Source of the DNA: Thermoanaerobaculia bacterium
GTDB lineage: Bacteria > Acidobacteriota > Thermoanaerobaculia > Gp7-AA8
Length of the DNA: 64,000 bases
Direction of reading: 5' to 3'
Assembly (NCBI GenBank): GCA_036375075.1
Contig: DASUSN010000135.1
Coordinates: 11,881 to 75,880, forward strand
Positions 61,282 to 64,000 of this stretch are shown one piece after another (positions within the stretch are counted from its first letter, which is position 1; each line of letters opens with the position of its first letter). The notes below the pieces were generated by a model, which made no database searches, was not told the DNA's origin, and saw only the letters and a list, made by a program, of their open reading frames with translations. Both the position numbers and the translations under genes were made by a program.

Positions 61282-62121
61282 GTGAGACCGCTTCGCTTCA
61301 TCCCCGTCCTCGTTCTCTTACTCGCAACCGCCATTCCGCTGTTCGCCCGACCCGACGCCGACGTCGTCGTACCGGTGGTCGGCTACCTCGACCTGCCAAA
61401 CGATCTCGTCTATCGCACGGAGCTGGTCCTCACGAATCACCGCGACGTTCCGCAGTACGTCCTGCTCTCGCTGGTCATGGACGGATACGACTCCGAGTTC
61501 CGCTCGTTCCACCTGGAGCCGGGCGAAACGAAGCTCCTGACCGACGCCGGCTTCGGCACATCATCGCAGCGCCAGAATTTCGTCGGTGCCCTGCACGTCC
61601 GGGCCACCCTGGTGCCGCCGATGCCCGGCGAAGACGAGCCGCCGCACTACATCCCCGACCCCGAGGGACAGATCGAGGCCGATGCGTTCATCGTGGCGGA
61701 GCGCGGCACCAACGGCTCCAGAGGTGCGTCGCGGCAGGAGGTCCACGGGATTCCCTCCACCGAGTACACCATCGAGGAAGCCGTCTTCCTCGGCTCGCGT
61801 CACTCGTACGGCACCGGGTACTACACGAACGTCGGCATCGCGAACCTGCACCCCACGCAGACCGAGACGTTTTACGTGCAGTATCAGTATCAGGAGCCCG
61901 TGGCCGTCGTCGTCCCGCCGCTCTCCCTGCGGCAGATCCGCATTCCCGGCCAGGGCGCGGGCGGGCGCTGGGTCCGCGTGTACCCGGAATGGTCGATCGG
62001 CAACGGACCGCCGGCACGCACCACGCCGTGGGTCGCGTACGCGAGCAGCGTCAATACGGTCACCGGCGACGCCTTCACTGCGGTGCGCATTCCCAGACCT
62101 CAGAAGTTCGCGATCCAGTAA
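61282..62121 (+). CDS. Secreted hypothetical protein (279 aa)
   Basis: The GTG at 61282 is preceded by an aaggag SD site. Signal peptide RPLRFIPVLVLLLATAIPLFA. Confidence 0.7.
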   Translation: MRPLRFIPVLVLLLATAIPLFARPDADVVVPVVGYLDLPNDLVYRTELVLTNHRDVPQYVLLSLVMDGYDSEFRSFHLEPGETKLLTDAGFGTSSQRQNFVGALHVRATLVPPMPGEDEPPHYIPDPEGQIEADAFIVAERGTNGSRGASRQEVHGIPSTEYTIEEAVFLGSRHSYGTGYYTNVGIANLHPTQTETFYVQYQYQEPVAVVVPPLSLRQIRIPGQGAGGRWVRVYPEWSIGNGPPARTTPWVAYASSVNTVTGDAFTAVRIPRPQKFAIQ

Positions 62122-62183
62122 TCCCATCGCATGCCGAAGTAGATCGCCGTGCGCCACGCACGGCGGTCTACAATGCGCGCCGC

Positions 62184-63683
62184 ATGTCCCGGGAGATCGT
62201 GATCAACGCGACTCGACACGAGTCCCGCATCGCCGTATTGGATGAGGGGCAGGTCGTGGAGCTGTGGGTGGAGCGGACCCGCCACCGCACGATCGTCGGG
62301 AACATCTACAAGGGCCGCGTGACGAAGGTCCTCCCCGGGATGCAGTCCGCTTTCGTCGACCTCGGCCTCGAGCGCGACGCGTTCCTCTACGTCTCCGACG
62401 TCATCGAGGACCTCGAGGAGTACGAGAGCGAGACGCCGGACGAGCTGCACCTCGACGAGGTCCCGCAGCCGCACCGCAACGAGACCTCCATCGCCGACCT
62501 CCTCCGCGAAGGGCAGGAGATCGTCGTGCAGGTGTCGAAGGACACCATCGCCGGCAAAGGCGCGCGCATCACGAGCCACATCACTTTGCCAGGACGCTTC
62601 CTGGTCTACATGCCGACCGTGAACCACGTCGGCGTCTCGCGCCGCATCGAGGACGAGACCGAGCGCGCGCGCCTCAAGGAGATGCTCGAGCGCATCCGCC
62701 CCCACGGCCACGGCGGATTCATCGTCCGCACCGCCGGCGAAGGCCGCAGCGACGACGAGTTCCTCGGCGACCTGCGCTATCTCACCGAGCTCTGGGACCA
62801 GATCCGCCGCCGCGCGGAGAAATCCTCCGCCGCCACCGCCATTCATCACGATCTCGACCTCGTCCTGCGCACGATCCGCGACGTCCTCTCGTCCGAGTTC
62901 AAGAGCGTCTGGGTCGACTCGATCGAGCAGTACCAGCGCATCGTCGAGTTCCTCGACCAGATCCAGCCGCAGCTCGTGTCGCGCGTCCGCCTCTTCCGCC
63001 GCGAGGAGCCGATCTTCGACGAGTTCGGGATCGAGCCCGAGATTGCCAAGGCCCTCAAGTCGAAAGTCTGGCTCAAGTCCGGCGGCTACATCGTCATCAA
63101 CCAGACCGAGGCGCTGGTGGCGATCGACGTGAACACGGGCAAGTACGTGGGGAAGAAGAACCTCGAGGAGACCGTGTTCCGGACGAACCTCGAGGCCGCG
63201 AAAGAGATCGTCCGGCAGATCCGCCTCCGCGACCTCGGCGGCATCATCGTCCTCGACTTCATCGACATGGAAGAAGCCGGGAACCGGCAGAAGCTGTTCG
63301 AGGCGCTCGAGAACGAGATCAAGAAGGACCGCTCGAAGACGAAGATCCTGCAGATCTCCGAGTTCGGCCTGATCGAGATGACCCGCAAGCGCGTCCGCCA
63401 GAGCCTGGAGCGGTCCCTGACCCAGGCCTGCCCCTACTGCGGCGGCAGCGGACGGATCAAGTCCAACACCACCATCGCCCTGGAGATCTGGCGCGAGCTG
63501 ATGAAACTGCGGGACTTCCACGAGGGGCAGGACGTGATCGTCCGCGTCAACCCCATCGTGTACGGCACGCTGCACGCCGGCGACCCGATTTTTGAAGAGG
63601 TCGAGCGCACGATGGGCATCCATCTGGTGTTCAAGCCGGACGAAGCGCTGCACCACGAGCAGTTCGACGTGATGCGGATCTGA
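62184..63683 (+). CDS. rng: Ribonuclease G/E family endoribonuclease
   Basis: Internal ATG 62184 gives MSREIVINATRHESRIAVL. S1 domain GNIYKGRVTKVLPGMQSAFVDLG, catalytic-region IDVNTGKY and DFIDM, and a CPYCGGSG zinc link. Confidence 0.92.
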   Translation: MSREIVINATRHESRIAVLDEGQVVELWVERTRHRTIVGNIYKGRVTKVLPGMQSAFVDLGLERDAFLYVSDVIEDLEEYESETPDELHLDEVPQPHRNETSIADLLREGQEIVVQVSKDTIAGKGARITSHITLPGRFLVYMPTVNHVGVSRRIEDETERARLKEMLERIRPHGHGGFIVRTAGEGRSDDEFLGDLRYLTELWDQIRRRAEKSSAATAIHHDLDLVLRTIRDVLSSEFKSVWVDSIEQYQRIVEFLDQIQPQLVSRVRLFRREEPIFDEFGIEPEIAKALKSKVWLKSGGYIVINQTEALVAIDVNTGKYVGKKNLEETVFRTNLEAAKEIVRQIRLRDLGGIIVLDFIDMEEAGNRQKLFEALENEIKKDRSKTKILQISEFGLIEMTRKRVRQSLERSLTQACPYCGGSGRIKSNTTIALEIWRELMKLRDFHEGQDVIVRVNPIVYGTLHAGDPIFEEVERTMGIHLVFKPDEALHHEQFDVMRI

Positions 63684-63685
63684 CT

Positions 63686-63773
63686 AGAGGGGGAGGGGAC
63701 AGGGCGCAGGGGGCAGGAGGCCGCCACCCGCCCATGGCCTCTCCTGCGCCCTGCGCCCTGTCCCCTGCCCCCT
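63686..63773. repeat. Family-C GC-rich palindromic repeat
   Basis: agagggggaggggacagggcgcagggggcagg ... ctcctgcgccctgcgccctgtcccctgccccct, directly after the rng stop. Confidence 0.85.
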
Positions 63774-63817
63774 GATGAGCGGCACGCCGCATGCAGTAAA
63801 GAGGGTCCGGAGTAGCG

Positions 63818-64000
63818 ATGCCCCTGGACGAGACATTTGGCAACCTCGCGACGTTTCTGAACGGTCTGGACGCCGAAGGCGAACAGAAATTCGAGCTGTC
63901 GCACTCGCTCGTGATCATCTGTCCTGATTGCGGGAAGAACATCGCCTTTCGAGGACGGTGTCCGAAGTGCGCAGGCAACAGTTGGATCCCCGCCGGTCAC
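63818..64000 (+). CDS. Hypothetical protein, 5' fragment (61 codons) with a CxxC-x10-CxxC zinc ribbon; runs off the window
   Basis: GGAG SD 5 nt before ATG 63818. MPLDETFGNLATFLNGLDAEGEQKFELSHSLVIICPDCGKNIAFRGRCPKCAGNSW.... G+C is lower than in the flanks. Confidence 0.5.
   Translation, partial: MPLDETFGNLATFLNGLDAEGEQKFELSHSLVIICPDCGKNIAFRGRCPKCAGNSWIPAGH

Overview
This is a 64-kb, high-G+C chromosomal segment (about 70% G+C in the stretches I hand-counted). Gene content includes an Oar-like TonB-dependent receptor, two fused MFS/spermidine-synthase proteins, MglAB, several ECF sigma factors and abundant GC-rich palindromic repeats. That mix suggests an Acidobacteriota- or Gemmatimonadota-like soil bacterium, but this is inference only. 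I support about 50 CDS, 4 tRNAs (Arg-ACG, Ser-CGA, Ser-GGA, Asn-GTT), an SRP RNA, several terminators and promoters, and at least five families of palindromic MITE-like repeats. Housekeeping blocks are tRNA-Arg/tadA/tRNA-Ser x2/ffs/dnaX/ybaB/recR followed by mglBA, then recA, hslVU and rng. The most interesting loci are the following. (1) A minus-strand module at 22155..17119 encodes hypothetical / ECF sigma / zf-HC2 anti-sigma / orphan 284-aa protein / TPR-CHAT protease. It mirrors the RpoE-Csx30/31-Csx29 accessory module of type III-E CRISPR (Craspase) but has no cas genes. (2) A six-gene operon at 16952..5361 mixes an ABC-2 transporter with an RND pump, and its last ORF fuses an AcrB-like protein to an ABC ATPase domain exactly at a repeat insertion. 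(3) Palindromic repeats are inserted in-frame inside four large membrane-protein genes. (4) A 168-bp tandem repeat array has no explained function. (5) A low-GC four-helix-bundle (IVS-protein) gene is nested between arms of one repeat family. (6) A sharply AT-rich 125-bp patch lies inside recA. (7) A low-GC DUF4011-type helicase carrying a zinc ribbon is cut by the left window edge. No CRISPR array, integrase or prophage was seen. All functional calls rest on motifs read by eye; no database search was possible.
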